Shown here: in pieces, positions 1 through 9,085 of the stretch | Layout: every line of letters begins with the position of its first letter | Position numbering within the stretch: position 1 is the stretch's first letter | Position numbers and translations under genes: made by a program | Source: Candidatus Bathyarchaeota archaeon | Lineage (GTDB): Archaea > Thermoproteota > Bathyarchaeia > Bathyarchaeales > Bathyarchaeaceae | Assembly: GCA_963697165.1 (NCBI GenBank) | Contig: CAVOMX010000018.1 | Span: forward strand, 32,001 to 96,000 | Length of the DNA: 64,000 nt | Direction: 5' to 3' | The notes under the pieces: model-generated | What the model was told of the DNA's origin: nothing | Databases searched by the model: none | The model's input: the letters and a program-made list of their open reading frames with translations, nothing else

Positions 1-1
1 C

Positions 2-271
2 TACGCGAGGGCAATCCTTGAAGCGTTCTAGAAGTCTCTCCATGGCTTCGGAGCTTTCAATCTCCATTAATACAAACGCGGCTTGTAAACCTAGTTTCTT
101 AATGTTAAGAAGCGGTGAAACTTTGAGGACTCCTTTTTCCACGAGTTTATCTATTCTTTTCTTTGTTCCCATGCTTGAAAATCCGACAACTTGTGATAAT
201 TCTTTTAATGTTGTCCTTCCATCCCGTTGAAGTTGGGAAACGATCTTTCGGTCTACTTCATCCAATTCCAA
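2..271 (-). CDS. Lrp/AsnC family transcriptional regulator (3' end outside window)
   Basis: Manual translation from TTG at 271: MELDEVDRKIVSQLQRDGRTTLKELSQVVGFSSMGTKKRIDKLVEKGVLK..., the typical AsnC HTH N-terminus. Missing from the ORF track because it runs off the edge. Confidence 0.88.
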   Translation of the reverse strand, partial: MELDEVDRKIVSQLQRDGRTTLKELSQVVGFSSMGTKKRIDKLVEKGVLKVSPLLNIKKLGLQAAFVLMEIESSEAMERLLERFKDCPRV

Positions 272-287
272 CCACCAAGTTTACTTT

Positions 288-316
288 ATAAACATAAACT
301 ATATAATTATGTTTAT
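288..316. promoter_or_regulatory. Inverted repeat operator candidate in the divergent lrp/mrp-cdhAB promoter
   Basis: ATAAACATAA (288-297), 9-nt spacer, TTATGTTTAT (307-316): a perfect 10-bp inverted repeat overlapping TATA-like sequence. Confidence 0.5.
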
Positions 317-377
317 GTTATAAACTTTACTAATGAAAAAATATAACTTAATAAACTCAACTGAGGAGAAGAAGACT

Positions 378-1311
378 TTGAAGGAAGAACTAAACCTAAA
401 ACATGATTCAAGTTCAAATGTGGATGAAGTCCCTATTTCTGGTAAAACCGCTTTTGATGAAGAAGCTGTTAAACGAAAAGGTAGAATGAGTAAAATTCGG
501 CATAAGATAGCCGTGATTAGCGGTAAGGGTGGCGTTGGTAAGAGGTACTATTACCGTGAATTTAGCAATGGCATTTGCTATACATGGTTACGCCAACCAG
601 ATAGGGATACTTGACGCGGACATTACAGGACCATGTGTGCCAAAAATTATAGGTTTACATGGACAGAAACTACAAGTAGGTCCTCCGGGAATTTTTCCCT
701 CGATAGGTCCTTTAGGAATCAGAGTAGTTTCCATGGCTTTTCTACTTCCAAGCGACGAAGTCCCAGTCATTTGGCGTGGTCCCCTAAAGGGGAGGGCAAT
801 TAGTCAATTCTTGTCTGACATTGTTTGGGGAGAACTTGAATTTCTTTTTATAGATCTTCCACCGGGAACCGGTGATGAGCCTCTGAGCGTTATGCAACTT
901 ATTCCTGAATTGGATGGAGTTGTAATCGTCACTTTGCCCTCGGAGGTTTCCCAAATTGTTGTCAAGAAAGCTGTGACTTTTGCGAGACAACTTAACATAC
1001 CTATTATAGGCATTATCGAGAACATGAGCGGTTTCGTCTGTCCAAAATGCGGCGAAAAAACCGATGTTTTCAATATTGGAGGTGGACAGAAAATTGCTGA
1101 AGATTTGTCTGTACCGTTTCTTGGAAATATTCCCATAGATCCTGAAGTCTGTCGCGATTCTGACAAAGGAATTCCCTTCATTATTGAACATAAACATTCT
1201 CCGGCAACAAAAGCATTTATGGAAATTGTCAAGAAAATTGAAGATTTCTTGAATACTACAAAGGAAATAGAAAGCTCCCAAAGTGCTGTTCACATCGAAC
1301 AAGGAAACTAG
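378..1311 (+). CDS. Mrp/ApbC/NBP35 Fe-S cluster carrier ATPase (one frameshift near 541)
   Basis: ISGKGGVGK (ORF 333) continues in ORF 529 as TITVNLA...DADITGP...WRGP...IDLPPGTGDE...ENMSGFVCPKC. Confidence 0.92.
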
Positions 1312-1334
1312 AACCTTTTAGAAGGTGAAAATAG

Positions 1335-3680
1335 TTGACCAAAAAAACTACACACATAAAAATAGAAGAATTGAAGACAGATCTTGGCATCATAAAGAAT
1401 CTTGAAGTCTCTATTGGCAACATTGTCGATGAAACTTGGGACGAGCAAGAGGGTCCAACCCCCTTTCCTTCCACAGTTGATCTAAGAGAGTGGGACTTCA
1501 AATTATTGGAGCGTTATAAACCATTTTATCTACCATTCTGCGATGTCTGTTGTCTATGTACTTTCGGCAAGTGTGATCTATCAGGAGACAAACGCGGAGC
1601 CTGCGGATTAAACATGGCTGCTCAACAGTCAAGGATTGTTCTCCTTGCTTGTTGTATTGGAGCTGCTACCCATACGGCTCATGCTAGACACTTAGTTGAC
1701 CATTTGATAGAAAAATATGGACGAAACATTCCTCTTAACCAAGGTGGCTTAAACATAGACATAGATGCTCCTGTGACCTGTCTAGTCTGTGGTATCAAAC
1801 CTAAAATCCTAAAGGACGTGGAAGAAGCCCTAGACTGGGCAGAAGAACAAGTTACACACTGCCTTTCTGCTACACACACTGGACAAGAAGGAGGCAACCT
1901 AGACTTTGAGTCAAAAGCTTTCCACGCTGGGATGGCAGACCAAGTCGGAATGGAAATCGCAGATTTGATCCAGATTTCGGTTCTCGGTTTTCCAAAAGCT
2001 GATCCTGAAGCTCCACTTGTAGAATTGGGGTTTGGAGTAGCTGATGTTAAAAAACCAACAATTCTTGTAATTGGTCACAACGTTCCATCAAGCGTTGGAA
2101 TAATTGATTACATGACAAAAAATAAGCTAATGGATAAAGTAGAAGTTGTAGGAATCTGTTGCACAGCCCACGACCTAACACGATACAATCCTTCAGCTAA
2201 GGTAGTTGGTCCAATTTCTTGGCAACTAAAATACATCAGAAGCGGATTGGCCGACCTTATTGTCGTTGACGAACAATGTATCAGAGCAGACACACTAGAA
2301 GAAGCGCAAAAAGTCAAGACTCCAGTAATCGCATCAAGCCCCAAAAACTGTTTGAATCTCCATAACAGAACCAACGACCAAGTAAAAGAACTTGTAGTTG
2401 ATTTAATTGAAGGCAAGGTTCCTGGTGTGCTCATCTTAGATCCCGACAAGGTTGGAGAAGTTGCTGTTGAAGCTGTTATGGTTGTTGCACCGAAAAGAAA
2501 CAAGTTCAGTATTATTCCTGGCATCGAAGAGATAACAGCTGCAGGTCAAGCGTGCACCGGATGTAACGAATGTATACGGGCATGTCCAAACAATCAACCA
2601 ATTCCTGAAGCAATGAAAGCAGCAGCTGAAGGCAACCTTAAACCCTTTGCTGAAATTTTCGATAACTGTGTAGGATGCGCTCGTTGTGACAGTGCATGTC
2701 CCAAAGATTTTCCTCTTCACAGCTTTATGGTGAAGGCCGGAGAAGACAAATCATTAAGCGAAAAATTCATGATGCGCTCTGGACGGGGAGCTATTCAAGA
2801 CATAGAGATCCGAAACGTTGGAGGCCCAATAGTTCTCGGTGAAATTCCTGGAGTCGTCGCTATAGTAGGTTGTGCCAATTATCCTGATGGCAACGAAGCA
2901 GTTGCAGAAATCGTTGAAGAGTTCGCGAAACGCAGATACATAGTTGTCCTCTCCGGATGTGCAGCTATGTCCGCAGCCATGGTAAAAGATGAAGAAGGAA
3001 AAACTGTTTACGAGAAATATCCTGGCGGATTTGAAGCTGGAGGCGTCCTAAACGTTGGATCATGTGTTTCTAACCCTCACATAGCAGGTGCAGCAATCAA
3101 AATTGCAAGCATCTTTGCGAAACGGAATCTACGAGGTAATTACGAGGAAATCGCTGATTATATTCACAACCGAGTTGGAGCTGTCGGACTCGCTTGGGGT
3201 GCAATGTCCCAGAAGGCAGCGTCAATAGCTGCAGGTTTCTGGAGACTTGGAGTGCCTGTAATCGTTGGTCCACATGGATCTAAGTATAGACGTATGCTTC
3301 TTGGACGAGCAGACAAAAAGGAAGATTGGTACGTATACGATGCCAGAACAGGTGACAAAGTTTACGCCGGTCCAACCCCTGAGCACCTATTCACTACTGC
3401 TGAAACTAAGGAAGAAGCAATTGTGATGATAGCAAAGCTCTGCATGAGACCTAACGACACCACTAGAGGTCGCGGCATGAAATTGACTCACTACATTGAC
3501 CTGCACAAACGCTACTATGGTGTTATGCCTCATGATATACACCTGTTTATCAGAAACAGGATGGACATACCCATCACCATGAAACCTGAAATCCTCAAAA
3601 TCCTCGAAGAAAAGGATTGGAAGGAGACGAGAATTCCAGACCCAACTCTACTAAAAAGAATGATTAGGAAAAGAGGTTGA
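1335..3680 (+). CDS. cdhA: CO dehydrogenase/acetyl-CoA synthase alpha subunit, copy 1
   Basis: 781 aa. Motifs CDVCCLCTFGKC, HTAHARH, IGHN, GICCT, VVDEQC, two CxxCxxCxxxCP ferredoxin motifs, VGCAN, SGCAA, VGSCVSN. Confidence 0.97.
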   Translation: MTKKTTHIKIEELKTDLGIIKNLEVSIGNIVDETWDEQEGPTPFPSTVDLREWDFKLLERYKPFYLPFCDVCCLCTFGKCDLSGDKRGACGLNMAAQQSRIVLLACCIGAATHTAHARHLVDHLIEKYGRNIPLNQGGLNIDIDAPVTCLVCGIKPKILKDVEEALDWAEEQVTHCLSATHTGQEGGNLDFESKAFHAGMADQVGMEIADLIQISVLGFPKADPEAPLVELGFGVADVKKPTILVIGHNVPSSVGIIDYMTKNKLMDKVEVVGICCTAHDLTRYNPSAKVVGPISWQLKYIRSGLADLIVVDEQCIRADTLEEAQKVKTPVIASSPKNCLNLHNRTNDQVKELVVDLIEGKVPGVLILDPDKVGEVAVEAVMVVAPKRNKFSIIPGIEEITAAGQACTGCNECIRACPNNQPIPEAMKAAAEGNLKPFAEIFDNCVGCARCDSACPKDFPLHSFMVKAGEDKSLSEKFMMRSGRGAIQDIEIRNVGGPIVLGEIPGVVAIVGCANYPDGNEAVAEIVEEFAKRRYIVVLSGCAAMSAAMVKDEEGKTVYEKYPGGFEAGGVLNVGSCVSNPHIAGAAIKIASIFAKRNLRGNYEEIADYIHNRVGAVGLAWGAMSQKAASIAAGFWRLGVPVIVGPHGSKYRRMLLGRADKKEDWYVYDARTGDKVYAGPTPEHLFTTAETKEEAIVMIAKLCMRPNDTTRGRGMKLTHYIDLHKRYYGVMPHDIHLFIRNRMDIPITMKPEILKILEEKDWKETRIPDPTLLKRMIRKRG

Positions 3681-3685
3681 TAAAA

Positions 3686-4231
3686 ATGAGCGCAAAAGCA
3701 GAACCTTGGCAAACAGCAGAAATTGCAGGGCCACAAAAGGCTCTTGTAATTATGAAACCTGAAGTAGCCGCGGCAATGATAAAACGGGCAAAACGCCCCA
3801 TCATCATTGTTGGGTACTTGGCCACCAAAACTGACAAAGACACTGGCACAATGATCAACTACGCCATTCGCCTAAACAAAGATGCAGGCATCCCAGTTGT
3901 TGCAACCGCACATACGATAAAGGAATTTGTGAAACAAGGATTTGAGCAAGCAACACAGATGAACGCCATGGATATTGGCAACCGACTAAAAGACCCAACA
4001 TGGAATGGCTTAGACGGAAAAGGTCTATATGACCTCGCGCTGTTTATGGGACTACCATATTACATGGAATTCGTAATCTTATCAGGACTAAAACACTTCT
4101 CGACAAATCTTAAGACCATTAGCTTGAATCGATACTATAATCCCCATGCAAGTTGGTCTTTCCCAAACCTCAAAGTCGAAGAATGGACTCAAAGTTTTGA
4201 AACAATAATAAAAAATTTAGGAAGAAAATAA
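3686..4231 (+). CDS. cdhB: CODH/ACS epsilon subunit, copy 1
   Basis: MSAKAEPWQTAEIAGP...IKRAKRPIIIVG...WNGLDGKGLYDL...YYNPHASWSFPN; directly follows cdhA. Confidence 0.93.
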   Translation: MSAKAEPWQTAEIAGPQKALVIMKPEVAAAMIKRAKRPIIIVGYLATKTDKDTGTMINYAIRLNKDAGIPVVATAHTIKEFVKQGFEQATQMNAMDIGNRLKDPTWNGLDGKGLYDLALFMGLPYYMEFVILSGLKHFSTNLKTISLNRYYNPHASWSFPNLKVEEWTQSFETIIKNLGRK

Positions 4232-4234
4232 AAA

Positions 4235-4290
4235 ATGTCAATATTTGAAAACAACCCATATAGATGTCGAAACAATTTGAGAAGGAGCTG
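4235..4290 (+). pseudogene. Decayed 5' stub of cdhC
   Basis: atgtcaatatttgaaaacaacccatatagatgtcgaaacaatttgagaaggag aligns by eye with the intact cdhC start at 21837, atgtcaatgtttgatgacatcccagtggatgttggagtaatctatgaaggag, in the same position after cdhB. Confidence 0.75.
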
Positions 4291-4297
4291 TAATTAA

Positions 4298-4684
4298 ATG
4301 AAAATATGTGTAACATCGGTATCAGGAAACTTAGACGCTCAAGTAGATCCAAGATTTGGTAGATGCCCATACTTCACGATCGTTGATTCTGAGACTATGG
4401 AGTTTAACGCCATTTCAAATGATTCTACTAATGCAGCGCATGGAGCGGGAATTCAAGCAGCTCAGACAGTTGCAAACATGGGTATTAAAGTGGTTATAAC
4501 TGGTAATGTTGGACCCAACGCCTTCAATGTCCTATCAGCAACGGGGATAAAGATTGTAACCGGTGCCTCGGGCAGTGTTAGAGAGGCTGTTGAGAAATAC
4601 AAGAGTGGACAACTCAAAGAGACAGGTAATCCAACTGTTGGCGGCCATTTCGGTATGGGAAAAGGACAGGGTAGAGGACGATAA
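4298..4684 (+). CDS. NifB/NifX family (dinitrogenase FeMo-cofactor biosynthesis-like) protein
   Basis: VDPRFGRCPYF...GAGIQAAQ...ITGNVGPNAF; Gly/Arg-rich tail. Confidence 0.9.
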   Translation: MKICVTSVSGNLDAQVDPRFGRCPYFTIVDSETMEFNAISNDSTNAAHGAGIQAAQTVANMGIKVVITGNVGPNAFNVLSATGIKIVTGASGSVREAVEKYKSGQLKETGNPTVGGHFGMGKGQGRGR

Positions 4685-4723
4685 GTTTCCGAAAGATTGA
4701 TGTAACAAGGAGGTGCAAGTGAA

Positions 4724-5083
4724 GTGAATGTAAGAATTGTTGTTCCGGTTTCGGATGAAAAAGGTATCGACGCTCATCTTTCTGAGCATTTTGGAAGAAC
4801 ACCTTATTTTGCAGTTATTGATTTAGATGAAAATGGACAAATAATAAAACAAAGTACAGTCTCAAGTTCTGGAGAACACTTTTGTCAAGGACTTGGTTTC
4901 CTCTTGAATCTCAAACCAGATATCATGATTGCACATGGCATGGGACAAGGAGTGGTCCAAAACTTCCAAAACGCAAGAATTGCAATCCTTAGAACAAGTG
5001 CTAACATAGTAAAAGACGCTATTCAACAATACAATAGAGGCGAACTTGTAGAATTAACAGACGGCTGTCATCAAGATCATTAG
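4724..5083 (+). CDS. NifB/NifX family protein
   Basis: LSEHFGRTPYFAVID...GMG...C-terminal CHQDH. Confidence 0.85.
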   Translation: MNVRIVVPVSDEKGIDAHLSEHFGRTPYFAVIDLDENGQIIKQSTVSSSGEHFCQGLGFLLNLKPDIMIAHGMGQGVVQNFQNARIAILRTSANIVKDAIQQYNRGELVELTDGCHQDH

Positions 5084-5126
5084 CACTAGAAGAAGGTATG
5101 AGATTCCCTTTTCAGAGAGAAAGAAA

Positions 5127-5546
5127 GTGTCGGGTCAACTAACCGAAGAAAAGATAGAACTTCTAAAGAATGCTGGTTATTCAAAGAAAGCCATCGAGCT
5201 TTATGCTAACAAGGTAAATGTTGGTACAATAGAAGATGCTGATGTGGCACTACCATACACAGGTCCATGTGGCGACACTTGCAAAATTTACTTGAAAATT
5301 AATGATCAGAATATGATAGAAGATGCAAAATTCCAGTATTTAGGTTGTCCAGCATCTGCTATCTGCGGATCAATAGTAACTCAGATTGCAAAAGGAAAGA
5401 CACTACGGGAAGCAGAGAGGATAACCGCTGAAGAAGTAATAGAGAAATTAGGTGGTTTGCCGGGCGATGAATGCCACTGCGCGACACTTGTTTTAACAAC
5501 ATTGTGTAACGCCATTAAAAAATACGAAAATAACAAAAAACGATAA
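5127..5546 (+). CDS. IscU/NifU-N-like Fe-S scaffold protein
   Basis: GPCGD...YLGC...GKT...CHCA conserved cysteines. Confidence 0.88.
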   Translation: MSGQLTEEKIELLKNAGYSKKAIELYANKVNVGTIEDADVALPYTGPCGDTCKIYLKINDQNMIEDAKFQYLGCPASAICGSIVTQIAKGKTLREAERITAEEVIEKLGGLPGDECHCATLVLTTLCNAIKKYENNKKR

Positions 5547-5570
5547 AAGAAAAAAGGAGAATCTTTTAAG

Positions 5571-6389
5571 GTGATTATAACAGTAGCCAGCGGAAAAGGC
5601 GGCACAGGAAAAACCACCGTTGCTGTCAACATGGCACTATCCCTAGAAAATGTGCAACTTCTTGACTGCGATGTTGAAGAACCAAACTCCCACATTTTAT
5701 TACAAACCTTGATCACTGAAACAAAACCAGTATGCACCAAGTTCCCAGTAATCTCAGAGGATCTTTGTGATTACTGCGGAAAATGTTCCAAGTTTTGTGC
5801 TTATAATGCCTTGTTTGTGGCTCCAAAAACTGTTATGGTTTTTCCACAATTATGTCATAGCTGCGGTGGATGTACGCTGGTTTGTCCTAAGAATGCGATA
5901 ACCGAAAAGGAAAGGCAGATAGGCGTAATAAAAAAAGGAGAAGCTAAAGGTGTTGAGATTGTTTACGGCGAAATCGATGTTGGAGAAGCCATGGCTGTGC
6001 CGCTCATAAGGGCAGTCAAAAACGAGATGAAAGACGACAAGAATGTTATAATTGATGCCCCACCTGGAACTGCCTGTTCTTTGGTTGCTTCAGTGCACAA
6101 AACTGACTACTGTATCCTTGTAACGGAGCCAACTCCCTTTGGTTTGCACGATCTAAAGATTACGGTTCAGGTCTTAAGAGACCTTGGAGTTCCCATGGGT
6201 GTAATAATAAATCGTGCAGGAATCGGCGACAGAAAAGTCTATGAATACTGCGAAAAAGAGAACATTCCTTTGTTGATGGAGATTCCTTTTGACAAGAAAA
6301 TTGCAGAACTGTATTCTCGCGGAGTTCCATTCGTGACGCAGATGCCTGAGTGGAAAGAAAAGTTTCAGAAAATGTGGGATACAATATAG
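5571..6389 (+). CDS. MinD-superfamily P-loop ATPase with inserted ferredoxin domain (COG1149-like)
   Basis: ASGKGGTGKTT, DCDVEEPN, CDYCGKC...CHSCGGCTLVCP, DAPPGTAC, VTEPTPFGLHD. Confidence 0.92.
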   Translation: MIITVASGKGGTGKTTVAVNMALSLENVQLLDCDVEEPNSHILLQTLITETKPVCTKFPVISEDLCDYCGKCSKFCAYNALFVAPKTVMVFPQLCHSCGGCTLVCPKNAITEKERQIGVIKKGEAKGVEIVYGEIDVGEAMAVPLIRAVKNEMKDDKNVIIDAPPGTACSLVASVHKTDYCILVTEPTPFGLHDLKITVQVLRDLGVPMGVIINRAGIGDRKVYEYCEKENIPLLMEIPFDKKIAELYSRGVPFVTQMPEWKEKFQKMWDTI

Positions 6390-6400
6390 AAGGGAATGTA

Positions 6401-7267
6401 ATGGTTAAAGAGATTACCGTGATAAGTGGGAAGGGTGGAACAGGAAAAACAAGTTTAACGGCTTGTTTTGCAGTGTTAACCCAAAATGCTGTGCTAACGG
6501 ACTGTGATGTAGATGCGCCAGATCTTCACATGTTACTAAAACCTGAAGTGTTGGAGCCACAGGAATTCAAAGCATCCAGAGTTGCCGTAATAGATCAAGA
6601 TATGTGTGTTCTATGTGGAAAATGTGCAGAGTATTGTCGCTTTGGTGCCATAGCAGAACAGGTAGTTGATTCTATTCTATGTGAAGGCTGTGGTGTATGT
6701 GCTTATGTTTGTCCTGTTGCCGCAATTGAGCTTGAGAAAAGGGTTTCAGGATATGCATTCATCTCAAAGACTAAGTATGGTACTATGTCACATGCGTTAT
6801 TGAATCCGGGAGAAGAGAATTCAGGTAAACTTGTGGCGTTGGTAAGGCGGAACGCTAAAAAAGTTGCTGAAAAAGAAAACTACGAGTTGATTATTAATGA
6901 TGGCCCACCAGGCATCGGTTGTCCGGTAATAGCTTCTCTGGGTGGAGTTGATATGGGCTTGATAGTTACAGAGCCAACGTTGTCGGGCATCCACGACATG
7001 GAACGAGCCTTAGGTTTGCTCAATCACTTCAAGATACTTGCTCTTGTTTGCGTAAACAAGTATGACATAAACGAAGAAAACACAGAACGGATACTCAACT
7101 TTTGTGCGTCCAAAGGCGTGGAAGTTGTTGGAAAGATACCTTTTGACCCCATCGTTACAGAAGCTATGGTAGCAGGAAAGCCTATAATGGAATACGCACC
7201 AAAAAGCAATGTCTCACAAGCCATTAAAGAGCTGTGGAAAAGAACATTAGAAAAAATCGTTACTTGA
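6401..7267 (+). CDS. MinD-superfamily P-loop ATPase with ferredoxin domain (COG1149-like, partner paralog)
   Basis: ISGKGGTGKTS, DCDVDAPD, CVLCGKC, CEGCGVCAYVCP, GEENSGKLV, DGPPGIGCP. Confidence 0.92.
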   Translation: MVKEITVISGKGGTGKTSLTACFAVLTQNAVLTDCDVDAPDLHMLLKPEVLEPQEFKASRVAVIDQDMCVLCGKCAEYCRFGAIAEQVVDSILCEGCGVCAYVCPVAAIELEKRVSGYAFISKTKYGTMSHALLNPGEENSGKLVALVRRNAKKVAEKENYELIINDGPPGIGCPVIASLGGVDMGLIVTEPTLSGIHDMERALGLLNHFKILALVCVNKYDINEENTERILNFCASKGVEVVGKIPFDPIVTEAMVAGKPIMEYAPKSNVSQAIKELWKRTLEKIVT

Positions 7268-7345
7268 GACAATCTGATTGTCTAACATCTATACTGAAGC
7301 CTAACTCATAACAAGTTCTTGGACGGCTTTTTCAAAGCAACTATT

Positions 7346-7537
7346 CTATTTTTGTGTCTTTGTTGGAGAGAGAACTAGCAATACTTTGGGTATGTTGACT
7401 TCTGTGATCGTGTGATTCTTGAACGTCTTTGAGTTTCCCATGATGTCTTTGACGACTACTTTGTTTTCAACCGTTTTTGCGTAAACCACGTTTTCAAAAA
7501 CTACTGCTTCGTCTATTATTACTTTAAGTTCACACAT
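7346..7537 (-). CDS. CooT family nickel-binding protein
   Basis: 63 aa starting MCE (Cys2), with ENV...KDIMG pattern typical of CooT; lies in a CODH cluster. Confidence 0.72.
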   Translation of the reverse strand: MCELKVIIDEAVVFENVVYAKTVENKVVVKDIMGNSKTFKNHTITEVNIPKVLLVLSPTKTQK

Positions 7538-7571
7538 TTTTTCTCTATACTACCTTGTTAGTTGTTTGAAC

Positions 7572-7880
7572 TTATATGTTGTTAGCGACGGTTAGTGGTC
7601 TTCCTTCGGTTAGGGCTTGGGCTACTTTTTGTCTTGCGCTTTTGACGAGTCTCCAGATTGTTCCTCTTGATACGCCCATTTTTGTGCCTGCCTGTTCTTG
7701 TGATAAGCCCTCAAGGTCTACTAGTCTTAGGGCTTCTAGTTCTGCGGGTTCAATTGTGATTGTGCTGGCTGTTGTTGTTGGTTCTGGGATGAATTTTGTT
7801 ATTTTTGCGGGGTTCGGTATGGTTACTGGTTTGGGGAATCGTCCTCTGTGTCCTCGTCTGTGTCTGTGTCCGTATGCCAT
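7572..7880 (-). CDS. DUF134 family DNA-binding protein
   Basis: ELEALRLVDLEGLSQEQAGTKMGVSRGTIWR...ARQKVAQAL. Confidence 0.9.
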   Translation of the reverse strand: MAYGHRHRRGHRGRFPKPVTIPNPAKITKFIPEPTTTASTITIEPAELEALRLVDLEGLSQEQAGTKMGVSRGTIWRLVKSARQKVAQALTEGRPLTVANNI

Positions 7881-7980
7881 TGTGATCAGTTAATCTAGTT
7901 GTCCGCAACACTTATATATTTTTGTGCATTATCTAATAAATGTAAATTGTGCATAGACACAAAAATAGAGGTGAAAAATT

Positions 7981-8370
7981 ATGCCAAGAGGAGATAGAAC
8001 AGGACCAGATGGCGTAGGACCCATGACCGGAAGAGCAGCAGGATACTGTGCAGGTTACTCTGTTCCCGGATATGTGAATCCCGTAAACGGATATGGACGA
8101 GGATGGGGAAGAGGACGCGGTAGAGGCTTCGGCAGAGGATGGGGTAGAGGTTTTGGAAGAGGAGGGTTCGTGTACCCACAACCCGTAGTAGTTCAACCTG
8201 CTTACCAGCCAGCATATCAGCCAGTAGCACAACCACAGACGCCAGAACAAGAAATCACAGCATTAGAGAACTATCAGAAAAGTTTGGAAGCAGAAAAAGC
8301 AGACCTTGAACAAGAAACGGGCGGCGTCAAAGCAAGAATAGAAGAATTAAAAGCAAAACTCGAAAAGTAA
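7981..8370 (+). CDS. DUF5320 family protein with RG-rich repeats and C-terminal coiled coil
   Basis: MPRGDRTGPDGVGPMTGRAAGYC, then GRG(W/F)GRG repeats. Confidence 0.88.
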   Translation: MPRGDRTGPDGVGPMTGRAAGYCAGYSVPGYVNPVNGYGRGWGRGRGRGFGRGWGRGFGRGGFVYPQPVVVQPAYQPAYQPVAQPQTPEQEITALENYQKSLEAEKADLEQETGGVKARIEELKAKLEK

Positions 8371-8438
8371 ACACAAATCAAACTGGAACGTGAACTTAAC
8401 GAGCAGCAGAAAACATAGTCAGAAGGAGGTGACTGTTT

Positions 8439-8801
8439 TTGGTAAATCTTAGGATAGCCATTGCAACAAACGGAAAAGATGGTTTAGAGGACGTTGTATC
8501 AAAAGTTTTTGGCAGAGCCAAAACCTTTACTATTGTAGATGCTGAAGACGAGAAAATAAAAGGTGTAACTGTAGTAGAAAACCCTGGAGTATCTTACAAG
8601 CATGGTGCTGGGCCTATTGTAGCTAAGATGTTGGTAGATAAAGATGTGGACGTGGTAATCGCTTACGTTCTTGGCTTAGGTGCAGATGAACTGTTAAAAC
8701 AACATAACATAAAGCATATAGCCATAAAACCAAACACCAAAGTTGAGAAGGCAACAAGAGAAGCACTTCGTATACAAAAAGAGGAAGGTGATACCGGATG
8801 A
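8439..8801 (+). CDS. NifB/NifX family protein
   Basis: RIAIAT...VSKVFGRAKTFTIVD...ENP...HGAGP. Confidence 0.85.
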   Translation: MVNLRIAIATNGKDGLEDVVSKVFGRAKTFTIVDAEDEKIKGVTVVENPGVSYKHGAGPIVAKMLVDKDVDVVIAYVLGLGADELLKQHNIKHIAIKPNTKVEKATREALRIQKEEGDTG

Positions 8802-8956
8802 GGTCAGAGAATGAAATCGGAAAAAGGCTTGAAAAACTTACGAAACAAGGATTGACTGGAGGACCATATAGCGAATTGAAGACTATTGCGTGGAATGCAA
8901 CTAAACAAGCTCTTGAGTGGGTTCTTGAAGAAACCGAAAACCCATTAACATATTAA
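8798..8956 (+). CDS. Small hypothetical protein (52 aa)
   Basis: Manual translation MRSENEIGKRLEKLTKQGLTGGPYSELKTIAWNATKQALEWVLEETENPLTY*; ATGA overlap with the upstream gene and an upstream GGTGA. Confidence 0.6.
   Translation: MRSENEIGKRLEKLTKQGLTGGPYSELKTIAWNATKQALEWVLEETENPLTY
8924..8956 (+). repeat. 33-bp direct repeat, left copy
   Basis: CTTGAAGAAACCGAAAACCCATTAACATATTAA, identical to 12309-12341. Confidence 0.93.
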
Positions 8957-9085
8957 TTTGGTGTTTAGAGTTTTCTTTCAATGGTTTGGGTTTGGGGTTA
9001 TAATAACCCGTTAAATAAGCTATACTGGACGCTAATGATTTTGTTTAATATTAAGAACGCCTTTAACATTCTTTTTGTGGAACTA

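Noticed and set aside
784..3858. Antisense ORFs over mrp/cdhA (and similar shadows across the window)
   Set aside because: They lie opposite well-supported genes and show no motifs.
4298..8801. Nitrogen fixation cluster
   Set aside because: NifB/NifX-like domains occur here without nifHDK; the context is an ORP-like Fe-S cluster.
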